DNA of 64,000 nt, taken from NCBI GenBank assembly GCA_963733195.1, contig CAVTCR010000062.1:320001-384000 (forward strand), in the 5' to 3' direction. The notes below the pieces were generated by a model, which searched no databases, had not been told where the DNA came from, and worked only from the letters and a program-made list of their open reading frames with translations. Source of the DNA: an uncultured delta proteobacterium (GTDB lineage: Bacteria > Desulfobacterota > Binatia > Bin18). Made by a program: the position numbers and the translations under genes. This document shows positions 32,605 through 44,288 of the stretch, one piece after another (position 1 is the stretch's first letter; each line of letters opens with the position of its first letter).

Positions 32605-34060
32605 ATGGATACGCAAACTCAAGCAACGATAGCCTCAGCACTACCGGTCTCGTATGATTATGATCTCATCGTCCTGGGCTCTGGCCCTGCAGGCGAAAAA
32701 GCCGCGATCCAAGCCGCAAAGTTAGATAAACGCGTCGCTGTGGTTGAACGCGGCCCACAACTCGGTGGTGCGTGTACGCATACCGGCACTCTCCCAAGCA
32801 AAACCCTGCGCGAAGCTGTGCTGTTTATCTCCAGTCTCGAGCAGCGGACATTCCCTGGCATTCAGTGTGCAGTCAAGAAACATCGCTTGGGAGTCCAGGA
32901 TCTCCTGCGCTATAAAACAACCGTTGTCCAGGCACAGGCAGACGCGACACGGCGGAAACTTGATCGCAACGACATTGATACCTTCCACGGTCAAGCGACT
33001 TTCATTGACTCGCACCGAATCGCCGTCGACAGTAGCGATGGCTCACGTCGCACGTGCACTGCGGCAGCGATTATCCTTGCCGTTGGCTCCCGTCCAGCGC
33101 GTCCAGCCTCGATCCCATTCGACGATCAGTTGGTGTTTGATACTGACTCTGTCCTCTTCATGGAGCGTATTCCCCGCACTCTCGCGGTGATTGGCGCTGG
33201 GGTCGTCGGCTGCGAGTACGCGTCGATCTTTGCTGCGCTGGGAGTGAAGGTGACGCTCATCGATATCCGTTCCAACATCCTCGATTTTCTCGACGATGAG
33301 TTGAAGCAGCGCTTGCTGTATCGCATGCTCAATGCCGGGGTGGTGATGCACTTCGGTGAAGAAGTAACTGCTGTCACTGTCCCTGAACCTGACCGCGTCG
33401 AGTCACACTGCGCCAGTGGCAAAATCGTGACCGCTGAGCGTGTCCTGCATGCTGCGGGTCGAGTCGGCAACACTGATCAGTTCGGGACTGCAAGCGATCG
33501 GCCTCGCCACCGACAATCGGGGTTTACTGAACGTCAACGAACATTTTCAAACGTCGCTTCCACATATTTATGCGGTTGGTGACGTGATCGGATTTCCCGC
33601 GCTTGCCGCAACAGCAATGCACCAGGGACGACTTGCCGCCGCGCATGCGTTTCGGCGAACAAATGGGCGAGGTGAAAGTAAGGCTCTCCTTTCACCGCTG
33701 GGACCGCTTCCGTTTGGTATTTACACTATTCCAGAAGTGTCAATGGTCGGTGCAACTGAAGAAGAGCTGACTACAGACAAAGTCCCGTACGAAATTGGCC
33801 ATGCCTATTATCGTGAGACTGCCCGTGCCCATATCATGGGAGAAATCGATGGCATGCTGAAACTCATTTTCCATCGTGAGACACTCCAACTGCTCGGCGT
33901 ACACATCATCGGTGAACGAGCATCGGAGCTGATTCATATCGGACAGGCAGTGATCGCCTACGGAGGGTCGATCGAGTATTTTATCGACAACGTCGTGAAC
34001 TATCCGACCTTGTCAGAAGCCTACAAGGTCGCAGCATTGAATGGCTATAATCGGTTGTAG
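32605..34060 (+). CDS. sthA: Soluble pyridine nucleotide transhydrogenase (frameshift near 33480)
   Basis: [27 protein letters not shown] (CxxxxT rather than the CxxxxC of E3) and C-terminal [20 protein letters not shown]. Confidence 0.9.
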
Positions 34061-34203
34061 AGGAATCAAATGAATCAAATGGTGACGAGCGACTCGACCA
34101 ACTTGATGATAGCGCTGGGGAAGTTGCATCCAAATCCCACTCGACTCTGAGGCGGGCGTCCCACTCGCGCTCCTAGAAAAGAACCTATGCCAGTAGGAAA
34201 CGG

Positions 34204-34233
34204 TTGACAACAAGGCAACACCAGCCGAATAAT
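34204..34233 (+). promoter_or_regulatory. Sigma70-like promoter of cyclase copy 4
   Basis: TTGACA-N18-AATAAT. Confidence 0.68.
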
Positions 34234-34241
34234 CCACATCT

Positions 34242-36600
34242 ATGAAGGACGAGCCTAGCAGGGTGGTCCACACTGAGCAGCGGCGAGCTAGCGGCGATCA
34301 TGTTCACCGACATCGTCGGCTTCAGCCGCCAGATGGGCACTGATGAAGCTCGGACGCTGCGGTTGTTGGACCTCCATAACCAGGTTATTCAGCGGACCGT
34401 GATAGCGCATCATGGTACGATTATCAAAACCATCGGTGATGCGTTCCTGGTAGACTTTCCCTCCGTCGTCCACGCCGTGCAATGCGCGCAGCAGATTCAA
34501 ATACAATTCCGTACCCACAACGAACGAGAAGGGAAACACCGAACAGATTCATGTCCGCATTGGCATCCATTCTGGCGATATCGTCCAGCGTGATGGTGAT
34601 GTGTTCGGCGACGGGGTGAACCTTGCCTCCCGCCTTCAGACTCTGGCCGAGCCGGACACCATCTGCATCTCAGACGTTGTGTATCGGGATGTAGCCCAGA
34701 AAGTTGCTTTGGGGACGGTGGTCTCGCTGGGGCGACCAAAGCTGAAGAACATTATCCAGCGCTTCCAAGTCTACGCTCTGCTGCCCGAACCATCCAAAGG
34801 ATTGCGTCAGACTCTACGAGTACAATTCCTGAAGCTCTCGCATCGGCTGAGCAGTACCCACCGAGCCGTGGCTGGCGGGGTACTCCTTGCAGGTGTGATC
34901 TTACTCGTCTGGTATTTTGCCTTTCCAACACCTAACACCCAGCCCCCAGCCCCTAGCACCCAGCCCCTTCCGCTGCCCGACAAACCCTCCATCGTGGTCC
35001 TGCCGTTTGACAACATGAGCAAAGACCCTGAGCAGGATTATTTCAGTAATGGGATCACCGAAGTGCTAACCAGTGATCTTTCCCGTATTTCTACCTTGTT
35101 CGTTATCGCCCGCAACACGGCGTTCACCTACAAGGGCAAATCTGTCAATGTCCAAGACGTTGGTAAAGAACTGGGGGTACGATACGTACTGGAAGGCAGC
35201 GTACAGAAAGCCGGAGAGCAGGTGCGAATCGTCGCGCAATTGATCGATACCACTACCGGCGGCCACATCTGGTCTGAACGCTACGATCGGCCACTCAAGG
35301 ACATCTTTGCCCTGCAAGACGAGATCGTGCAGAAGATCGTGACCACACTGAATCTGCAACTCACGTTACAAGAGCAAGGGTTCATTGTGCGCAAGACGAC
35401 GAACAATTTAGAGGCGTATGATTCCTTGCTGCGGGGAATCGAGCCTCTTTTCCGTTACACGCAAGAGGCCAATACTCAGGCGCGACAAATGTTTGAGAAA
35501 GCCATTGCCTTGGACCCACAGTATGCGGAGGCGTACGTGTGGCTAGGATGGACCTACTACCTGGAGTGGATGTTTCGCTGGCGTATGGCCCCCCAGAGTC
35601 TGGAACGCGCGTTAGCGCTGGCGCAACAGGCGCTTGCCCTGGACGACTCCCTGCCTCAAGCCCATACGCTCTTGGGCAATGTCTATGCAGTAAGCAGCAA
35701 TATGACCAGGCCATAGCCGAGAGTGAGCGAGCTATCGCTCTCGATTCTAACAATGCGGACAGTTATAAATACCAGGCGAATGCGTTGAACTTCGCGGGCA
35801 GACCAGAGGAAGCCTTACAGATGGTGAGAGCAGGCGATGCGGCTCAACCCCCGCTATCCGCCTCTCTACTTATACCAATTGGGCTGGGCATACGGCCCGA
35901 CCGGGCGGCATGCTGAAGCGATCGCCACGCTGAAGGAATTCCTCAGCCGGAGCCCTAATCTTCAGGCTGCGTACCTCATCCTGGCTCTCAACTATGTGGA
36001 TCAGTGGGCCTCACAACAAAATTCCGATTCGCAGACGTTGGACGCAGGCGGAGGCGGCAGCGCAACGTGCCCTCGCCCTCAATGCCTCCGACCCCATAGG
36101 TCATGCATTCTTGGGCTCTGTCTATCTATGGCAGAAGCAGTACGAGCAGGCCATCGCCGAGATGGAGCGAGGCTATCGCCCCTAATCTCAACATGGCTGA
36201 TATCTATGCATTGTTGGCTGCTGCGCTGGGTCGGATAGGCAGGCCGGAGGAAGCTATTGCGATGGTAGAGCAGGCGCTGCGCCGCAAACCCTTTGTTGCG
36301 GACTGGCACTTAGACAGCGTGGGCGACTGCCTATTATCTGGCCGGGCGGCCTGAGGAGGCAATTGCTCCTCTGAAGCAATATCTCAGCCGCTACCCCAAC
36401 ATTCTGGGTCGCTCACCTGACCCTGGCGGCGGTCTACAGTGAGTTAGGTAAAGAAGCGGAGGCGCGGGCGGAGGCAGCGGAAGTCCTGCGAATCAATCCG
36501 AAGTTTTCGCTTAGAGGTTCACAAAGAGAGAGTGCCGATCAAAGATCCGGCGATGTTGGAGCGGCATATTGCGGCACTACGTAAGGCAGGGCTCAAGTGA
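34242..36600 (+). CDS. Class III adenylate cyclase - TM - TolB-like - TPR protein, copy 4 (frameshifts)
   Basis: LAAIMFTDIVGFS, IIKTIGDAFL and DGDVFGDGVNLASRLQ; TolB-like and TPR part homologous to copies 1-2; ends LRKAGLK. Confidence 0.88.
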
Positions 36601-36760
36601 GTGAAGAATTAAGAGTTAAGAATGAAGAATGGAGGAATAGGCTAAAGGCTTGAGCCCGAAGGGGAAGGAAGAATGAAGAATAGGCCATAGGCTACAGGAC
36701 AAAGAAAAAAAGCGCAGGTGTGTTTTCGTCAATGACCCAATGACTCAATGGCCTTTGTCC

Positions 36761-37628
36761 TTATTCCCCTAACGCAAGCGAACGTGGCCGAGAGCATTAC
36801 TGATGTAGATCGACATTTGTCTCTGGGTGACCCGGACAAGCTAACGCCATCCGCATTGCTTTCGACTTCAGTTCCGGCATGTTAACAGTCGCCGTAACAA
36901 CAGTCGGCGAGCTCTCGCAATCGCTCATTCGACTAAGGAAAACCGATGATCAATAACGAGGTCGGCACGTACGGTCTCCAGAACATCAGTGACTTTGATT
37001 TGACAAATGTTGCGGTTCAATCTCGTAAGTAGGTCGGGATCGCTTCGTCTTAATAATGCCCCAGATCAAGCTGCTACGATCGAGCATACGCGCCTGAGTC
37101 GAACCAGGCGGCGATAGGGCTCAAGCAGCGATCATTGCTCGATGCATCCTTACTCCAAACCATGCAAGAAGGCTCACTCGCGCCTAATTCGGCGATCACG
37201 GCCCCTCGCTCCGATTGCTGGCGAGCCGGCAGCCGCTGGCGCACTGGCAAACCAGCCGTGACTCAACGGCCGCTGCGCTGGAATTGTGGAGGTGCATTAA
37301 CCATGCCTACGGAGGACGAGGAGATGCTCATCCGAAGCGATCACGCCCGACAGCCTCAGCTTCACGTTTCAGCAACACGGTCGCTAGTCGAGTGTCTCTA
37401 CGATCGCTTCCGAGAAACAGGTCTTGAAGGATTATCGATCATCTGCTCAATCGGCTCTCCGCCGCGAGTAAGTCGCAACGAGCAATTGTACCTCGATCCT
37501 GGTATATTTAACGTCGGGCGGCTACCACAAATTCCAGGTGCAGTCAACGATGTAACTTTCCAACGGATAATATTCGTATGCGTTCACTTGAACCATCTCT
37601 CGACTAATTTTTTCGTCACCTTGGCCAT
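36761..37628 (-). pseudogene. Heavily disrupted gene, possibly a tandem universal stress protein
   Basis: ATG at 37628 and TAA at 36763 bracket about 870 bp, the size of a two-domain USP; contains a DVLETVRADLVI-like fragment. No long ORF survives. Confidence 0.25.
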
Positions 37629-37663
37629 AGGATAGCAATCTCGTTCCAAAACTACTCCGCAAA

Positions 37664-38089
37664 TCAACACTCCTGACTCCCAACTCTAATCCCCAATCCC
37701 CGTTCCCCTTCCGCCACGACCACCGCCTCTGCCAACATCGCGGTATGCGTGAGCGCGAGATGAAAACGTGTGATGCCGAGTGACTCGGCGTATTCTTTCG
37801 CTTTTCCATGCAGAACAATTTCTGGGCGTGAGCCGCGTTTTCGTACGACTTCAATATCAAGCCAGCCGACGTAACGTCCCCATCCACGACCTAACGCTTT
37901 CATTGTCGCCTCTTTCGCTGCAAAACGTGCGGCGTAACTCTGATACTTTGCAGCTCTGCGGCTCTCACAATAAGCCTGCTCTCCTTGCGTATAGACGCGA
38001 TCGCGGAACCGTTCTCCTATCCGCGGATGGTCCACTGCTGCCTTGATACGATCAACTTCGGCAAGGTCATTGCCAATAGCGATAATCAT
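37664..38089 (-). CDS. acpS: Holo-[acyl-carrier-protein] synthase
   Basis: IIAIGNDLAEV, YAARFAAKEATMKALG and LALTHT; the C-terminus runs into a heptamer tract. Confidence 0.92.
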   Translation of the reverse strand: MIIAIGNDLAEVDRIKAAVDHPRIGERFRDRVYTQGEQAYCESRRAAKYQSYAARFAAKEATMKALGRGWGRYVGWLDIEVVRKRGSRPEIVLHGKAKEYAESLGITRFHLALTHTAMLAEAVVVAEGERGLGIRVGSQEC

Positions 38090-38176
38090 GGGGGAAATTC
38101 ACACCCTCATAGTTCATAAGACAAACGTGCTTCAAAACTAGCACGAGGTTTTTCTCATCACGTTATCCGTTACCCG

Positions 38177-39970
38177 TTAACACGCTTCACACTTATGACA
38201 CGTCGTAACATCACACGGCTGGGTCTGAAATCCCAACAACGCCTTGCGCCATTCTGCCAGCAGATACTGTTTACTCACTGAATGATCGATAAAATCCCAC
38301 GGCAGGATTTCTTTGGAATCGTAACGGCGGTGGACGAAGAAATCGGGCTTCAGGGTGGCAGGGGTAGCCTTGCGTATTGACGTATTGCGTGTTCGGAGAC
38401 TTTGCAGACTTTGTGGCGCGACGTAATCGCTGAACCACACTCCACCAATCGCCACCATTCTGATGGGCTTCGAGCAGAATTTGTCCAGTACGACGATCAC
38501 CACGAGAAAGTAACGTCTGATAGTAGGCTTCGCGTGGAGATTCAGTATCCACTGTAATACGAGGCAACCGCGCGAGTCGTTTTTTCAGCAACGCGAACTT
38601 GTCCCGCAGTATCGCCATCTCTTCCATTGGTTCCCACTGCAACGGGGTCCACGGTTTTGGGGAAAAAGAATTGACGGATAAAGTGAGACCACCAACCTTC
38701 GCTCCTTTGCTACAGTAGCGTTCGTGAATCTTGTCGGTCAGTTCAGCAATCGCTTCTACATCTTCAGTTTTTTCCGTTGGTAACCCCAACATGAAGTACA
38801 TCTTCAGCGACTGCACCCCACCACCAACCAGCCACTCGGCTGCACGCAGGATCTCCGGTTCGGTCAGATTCTTGTTGATGAGACGACGCATCCGGTCAGA
38901 ACCCGCTTCAGGCGCAACTGTCACCGAACGGTTCTTCTGTGCGCCTAATGCATCAGCAAGATCACGGGTAATCACATCGGCTTTCAGGGATGACGGTGAA
39001 GCCCGACCACCAGCCTGACCGATGAACTCGCACAACGCGGCAATCCCTGGCTGACTCGCCATTTCTGCCCCAACCAACCCGATAGTCGAGCGCTCTTTCA
39101 ATCCTTCGGTCACACTTTGTTTCACTGAATCGAAAGCTACGATACCGCACCGGTCGATACATGAATCCTGCTGCGCAAAAGCGACAACCCCATTCACAGC
39201 CACGACTGGCTCTCGACAAGAAACATATCGCCAAAGACAGCCTCTGGGCTGAGAATCTGCGAAGTCGTGGGATAGGCATCAAGATTTTGATGAGTCGACG
39301 ATTCACTCGCGGTTTGCCTTCGCCATGATACTCAATACGAACGATACGTCCCTGGTCATCGTACTGCGGCGTAAACAGTTCGGGCAGATATGCTCCCTCG
39401 ATCGTGCTCAGCGCGTGTAATTTCTCTTGCCGGCTACACCGAGCATTGCGGAGTTCGGCATAGCGCTCGACAAACTCAGGAATCATTTCTTCGCCTTCAC
39501 CGATCAGAAATAGGTCAATGAAGTCTGCCACCGGTTCGGGATTGAGAAACGTTGCTGGTCCACCAGCGATCACAATCGGATGATGTTCTTCGCGTTCACG
39601 CGCCAGCAGCGGGACATGGGCAGCAGCAAGAATGTCGAGGATATGAATGTAATCGGTCTCAAACGACAGAGAAAACGCTAGCAGCTCAAAATCTGGTAGC
39701 GGTCGTTGAGTTTCGAGCGAGGCGAGACGGTGCTTTCGCACGACTCAATGCATCTGCTTCATCTGGATCAGGAAGAAACGCACGTTCACAACGACAACGT
39801 GGGTCTTGGGCGATAATCTTATAGGCTGCATGAAATCCTAGATTTGCCATTCCCACGGGATAGCGATTGGGGTAGATCAAGCAGATAGGAATCTCACCCT
39901 CAGTATTCGCGGTAAAGAGTCGTTTCTCTTGGGCAAGTCGTTGCCGGGCACGTTCAGTGGTCAACCACAT
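38177..39970 (-). CDS. Radical SAM protein (TIGR03960-like; frameshifts)
   Basis: YPNRYPVGMANLG, FSLSFETDY, CxxxCxxC motif RGCEWGCRFC, TVAPEAGSDRMR, PKPWTP and LPWDFID. Confidence 0.85.
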
Positions 39971-40300
39971 ACAGGAAACCTATCGTTCTACCGACTGGCA
40001 TGCAAGGCAAGCCTTCAGTCTGGAACTTATGCTCTCAGTCAACTTTTTTTTCCAGAGCAGCAAAACGGAAGCCATTGTGCATCTTATAAGAGAAAAATCT
40101 TTCAGTGTTTGTACGAGTACATCAATGGCATACACTTTGCTCTCTGAAAGACAAATGTGGTGCGCAGGAGAAAACCGCCTCGGTTATAAGCCCCGCTCTT
40201 GATTCTCACACTACGAATAAGAAAGCAAAAGCTCGCGCTCGTTCCCCCTCACAGTTCAGCGCGGTTGCGACCAACGGTGCCGAATTGGTATGACAGGAGC

Positions 40301-43300
40301 GTGTCACCTCCTCCTTTTTCCGCTGCTATTGGCACCTTCGTCGGACGTGAAGCTGAGTTGGCTGCACTCTACGATGCATTCAACAGTGTTCTCAGCGGCC
40401 GTGGCCAGTTCGTGCTAGTGAGTGGCGAACCGGGCATCGGCAAAACTCGCTTAGCTGATGAATGTGCTGCTGTCGCTCAGCAGCAGGGATTGCCCAAGTC
40501 CTTTGGGGCCGCTGCTGGGAAGGGGATGGTGCACCGGCGTTCTGGCCGTGGGTCCAGATTATTCGTACCCTCGTGCAACAGAGTAACGTTGACACCCTCG
40601 CCACAGAAATGGGGAACGGCGCGGTAAATATCGCGCAAGTTGTTCCTGAGGTGCGAGAGTTGCTCCCAGATTTGCCCGTAGCGGCTAGCCTGGAATCTGA
40701 ACATGCCCGGTTCCGTTTTTTCGATCATCTCACTAGCTGGTTCAAAAAAGTAGCGGTTCGGCAACCACTTCTTCTTATTCTCGATGACTTGCATTGGGCC
40801 GACACCTCATCGCTTCTCTTGTTACAATTCCTGGCACGCGAGGTCTCCGATGCTCGGTTGTTCGTGCTTGGCACCTATCGAGACACAGAGGTCAACCACG
40901 GGCAGCCGCTTTCTGAAGCGCTAGGCGCTCTCGCACGCAATAGTCGGCGGCTTCCTCTCAGTGGGCTCGCAGAAGCAGAGGTTGCCGACTTTATTACCGG
41001 GATGGGCTTACAGTCTAACGAGACCTTCGTCACGACACTCTACAAGGAAACCGAAGGCAATCCCTTTTTTCTCTCTGAAGTGCTGCATCTTCTCGCGCGA
41101 GATAAAGAGCCAACGCTCACCCCTTTTCCGATTCCTCATGGCGTACGGGAAACCATTCGCCGCCGTCTGGCGCATTTGTCTCCTGCGTGTATTCAGCTCC
41201 TCACGCGGGCAGCCGTGATCGGACGCGAGTTCACGCTCGACCTCCTCTCGCGGAGCAACAGTGTACAAACGGAAACCGAACGTCTCCAGATGTTAACGCT
41301 CGTACAGGAAGCACTCTCTGCACGACTCCTCATGGACGCCTCTGACAAAGTCTATACGTATCGGTTCGTACATGCTCTGGTCCGAGAAACGTTGTACGAG
41401 GATTTGTCCCTACCGGAGCGCATCCATCTGCACCGTCATGTTGGTGAGGCAATTGAACATCTCTATGCTCGGAGATCTGGGACCATATCTCGATGAGTTA
41501 GCCGACCATTTTTTCAAAGCGGCGGCTGGCGAGCGCAGCGAAAAAGCGCTGCAGTATGCCATCCAAGCCGCAGAACGAGCTAGTGCTTTGTTGGCGCATG
41601 AAGAAGCGGCCATCTACTACGAACGTGCGTTTCAACTTTTACCTCTTCAAGAGTCCACGACAGGCCAACGCGGAGAAGTCCTACTCGCGATGGGGCACGC
41701 GTTGGCACGGGCAGGAGAACCCAAACGCGCTCGTGCAACGTTTTCGCAGGCAGCAGCAATTGCCCGAGATTTGCGAACTCAAGGAGAAGCGTCAACAGCT
41801 GCACTACTTCTGGCACGGGCAGCATTGGGATTTTCCGGTCATGGCGATATCGCCACGCGCTTTGATCAACCTATGGTCAATCTTCTGGAAGAGGCGTTAA
41901 GCGTATTACCAGAAGAAGACAGTACACTACGCGTGAGAGTTCTTGGCCGTCTCGCTATGGCGCTCTATTTCTCTCCTTTCATCGACCGTTGCGACACCCT
42001 GAGCCACCAAGCAGTTGAGATGGCACGGCGACTCGGTGAAACCACGGCAGTAGCATACGCCCTAAACGCGCGGCAAATCGCCTTGATTGGGCCAGATACC
42101 GTGCATGAACGGTTAGCATTGTCCACCGAAATGGTTCACCTCGCTGAAAAAGAAGACAGGAAAGAGTTGGCGCTCGCCGGTCATCTCGGACGGATCATGA
42201 GCTTGCTTGAACTCGGTGACCGCCGAGCAATCGACCAAGAGCTGCACTTGTATACACAGATCGTGACCGAACTGCGGCAGCCTTTCTACATGTGGCATGA
42301 CACTATCCTGCGAGCGATGGCGGCGCTCCTTGCCGGTCGACTGGTGGAGGCAGAGCAGTTAGTCCAGGAAGGATTGACGCTCGGCCAACAGGTGCAGACA
42401 CCAAATGCCTTTCTCTTATTTACCGTTCAGCTGTTCGCTCTACGTCGTGAGCAAGGACGATTACAGGAACTCGAAGACGCAACCAAAAGCTTAGTGGAAC
42501 GGTTCCCCGCCATTCCTGGGCTGCGAACAGCACTCGCGTTCCTCTACAGCGAGCTTGGTCACGAAAGCGACGCGTCGTACGCAGTTTGAACAAGTAGCCG
42601 CGAAGAACTTTACGGATCTGGTACGAGACCAAGGCTGGTTGGGAAGCATGACGAATTTGACCCAAGTTGCCTTTTTTCTCAAGGATAAGGGACGAGCAAG
42701 CACCTTGTATGATTTATTGCTTCCATATGCTGAACGGACTGTGATTGTCGGTTCAGCCAACGACTGTTTCGGAGTGGTAGCACGTTATCTCGGGCTACTG
42801 GCAACGATACTGGAGCGCTGGGACAAGGCAATGCACCACTTTGAAGCAGCCTTAGCAATCAATACGCAAGTAGGGGCACGACTTTTTGTTGCCCATACTC
42901 AGTACGACTATGCGTCAATGCTACTCACTCGTAGTGCTCAAGGTGATCATGAACGCGCACGAGAGCTACTCGGAGTGGCGTTCGCTACCGCACAAGAGTT
43001 GGGGATGACGCGACTGGAGGAGAAAATTCAGGGGCTAGGGGCTAGGGACTGGGGGCTAGGGAAAGAAACCAGTGCCCCATACAGTTTCCTTTCTATCCCT
43101 CAACTTACCCCGGAACCAAACTCTTCTGACCCTATCCCTGACACCCGACCCCTAATCCCTAACCCCCAATCCCCAGCTCCCAATCTTCTCCGCCAAGAAG
43201 GCGATTACTGGACTGTAGGATATGAGGGTAGCGTTGCACGCTTGCAGGACGCAAAAGGACTGGCTCATCTCGCCTGTTTGTTGCGCGAGCCGCAACGGGA

Positions 43301-43902
43301 ATTTCATGTTCTCGATCTGCTTGCCATGACTGACGGTGTACCATCGGAAGGTGCAGACGCAGGGAAACACGAAACACAGGTCCTTCAACTCCATCCCACG
43401 ACTGAGTTTTCTGATGCACGAGCGTTTCCCGATCGACAAGCAATAACAGGCTTGTATGACTGACGGTGTACCATCGGAATGGCGCAGACGCAGGAAAACA
43501 CGAAGCTCAGGCGTCCAACTCCTTCCCAACAGTGAGTCTTCTGATACCCGGGCACTTCCCGATCGACAAGCAACAACGGTGTATCAACAGCGTTTACGGG
43601 ATTTGCGTGAAGAACTCACCGAGGCTGAACGCTTCAACGACTCTGGCCGTGCAAGTGCTTTACGTAGCGAAATTGACTTTCTGACTACGGAATTAGCCGC
43701 AGCTTACGGAACCGCCGCCCATACTCGTAGACGAAACGAAGATACTGAGAAAGTACGGAAGACTATTACGCATCGGATGCGAACGGTGCTGACGAAGATC
43801 AAGAAAGCCCATCCGAGCCTATGGCGGCATCTCCATGTTTCGCTCAAAACCGGGACGTTTTGTTCGTATACTCCTGAAAAGCCTACAAATTGGGATTTGT
43901 AG
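40301..43902 (+). CDS. STAND-like AAA ATPase with TPR/helical region and C-terminal putative DNA-binding domain (frameshifts, internal duplication)
   Basis: FVGREAEL, Walker A GEPGIGKT, Walker B LLILDDLHWAD, TEGNPFF, YRFVHALVRETLY and C-terminal LREELTEAE...HLHVSLKTGTFCSY. Confidence 0.82.
43326..43585 (+). repeat. Diverged 130-bp tandem duplication
   Basis: ATGACTGACGGTGTACCATCGGAA...TTCCCGATCGACAAGCAA begins at both 43326 and 43456. Confidence 0.9.
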
Positions 43903-44288
43903 CTCATCTCTCCCAGCTGGGGCCACCGCACCATAGGGTACGCTGAACAAGAGCAAGCTCCATTCTCCCACCTCTAACGATCGTTTCCTCTCTATCCGTT
44001 TTCTTCATTTCCCTTTAGCCTTCGGCCTTCAGCCTATTCCCCTTTTCCCTTTTATCCATTTTCCCGTTTATCCCTTTTCGCCCCTTCCCCATTTCGCTCA
44101 TTCGCTACGCCCCATCTAGCAGTGCGACACGCAATCTAGCGCCTTTCTTACAGAGAGTAGGAATCAAGCTCTCATCGATGAAGGAGGAAGGCAAACCCAT
44201 GTAAACCCTGAACTCAACTCGCACTGTAACCCTTGGCAACAGACATTCACCATTTGTTCAGTACCCCACAAAGAAAGGAAATAAGACT

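Noticed and set aside
32605-34060. Dihydrolipoamide dehydrogenase (E3) for the upstream operon
   Set aside because: It has CTHTGT instead of CxxxxC and the SthA-type C-terminus.
22000-36600. Calling the cyclase array a Pycsar or CBASS system
   Set aside because: No adjacent cyclic-nucleotide-binding TM/TIR effector and no CD-NTase; the domain architecture is that of receptor-type class III cyclases.
37135-37635. 166-aa plus-strand ORF
   Set aside because: No recognisable motif or RBS; it lies antisense to the likely disrupted minus-strand gene.
43326-43585. DGR template/variable repeat pair
   Set aside because: Mismatches involve all four bases rather than only adenines, and there is no reverse transcriptase in the window.
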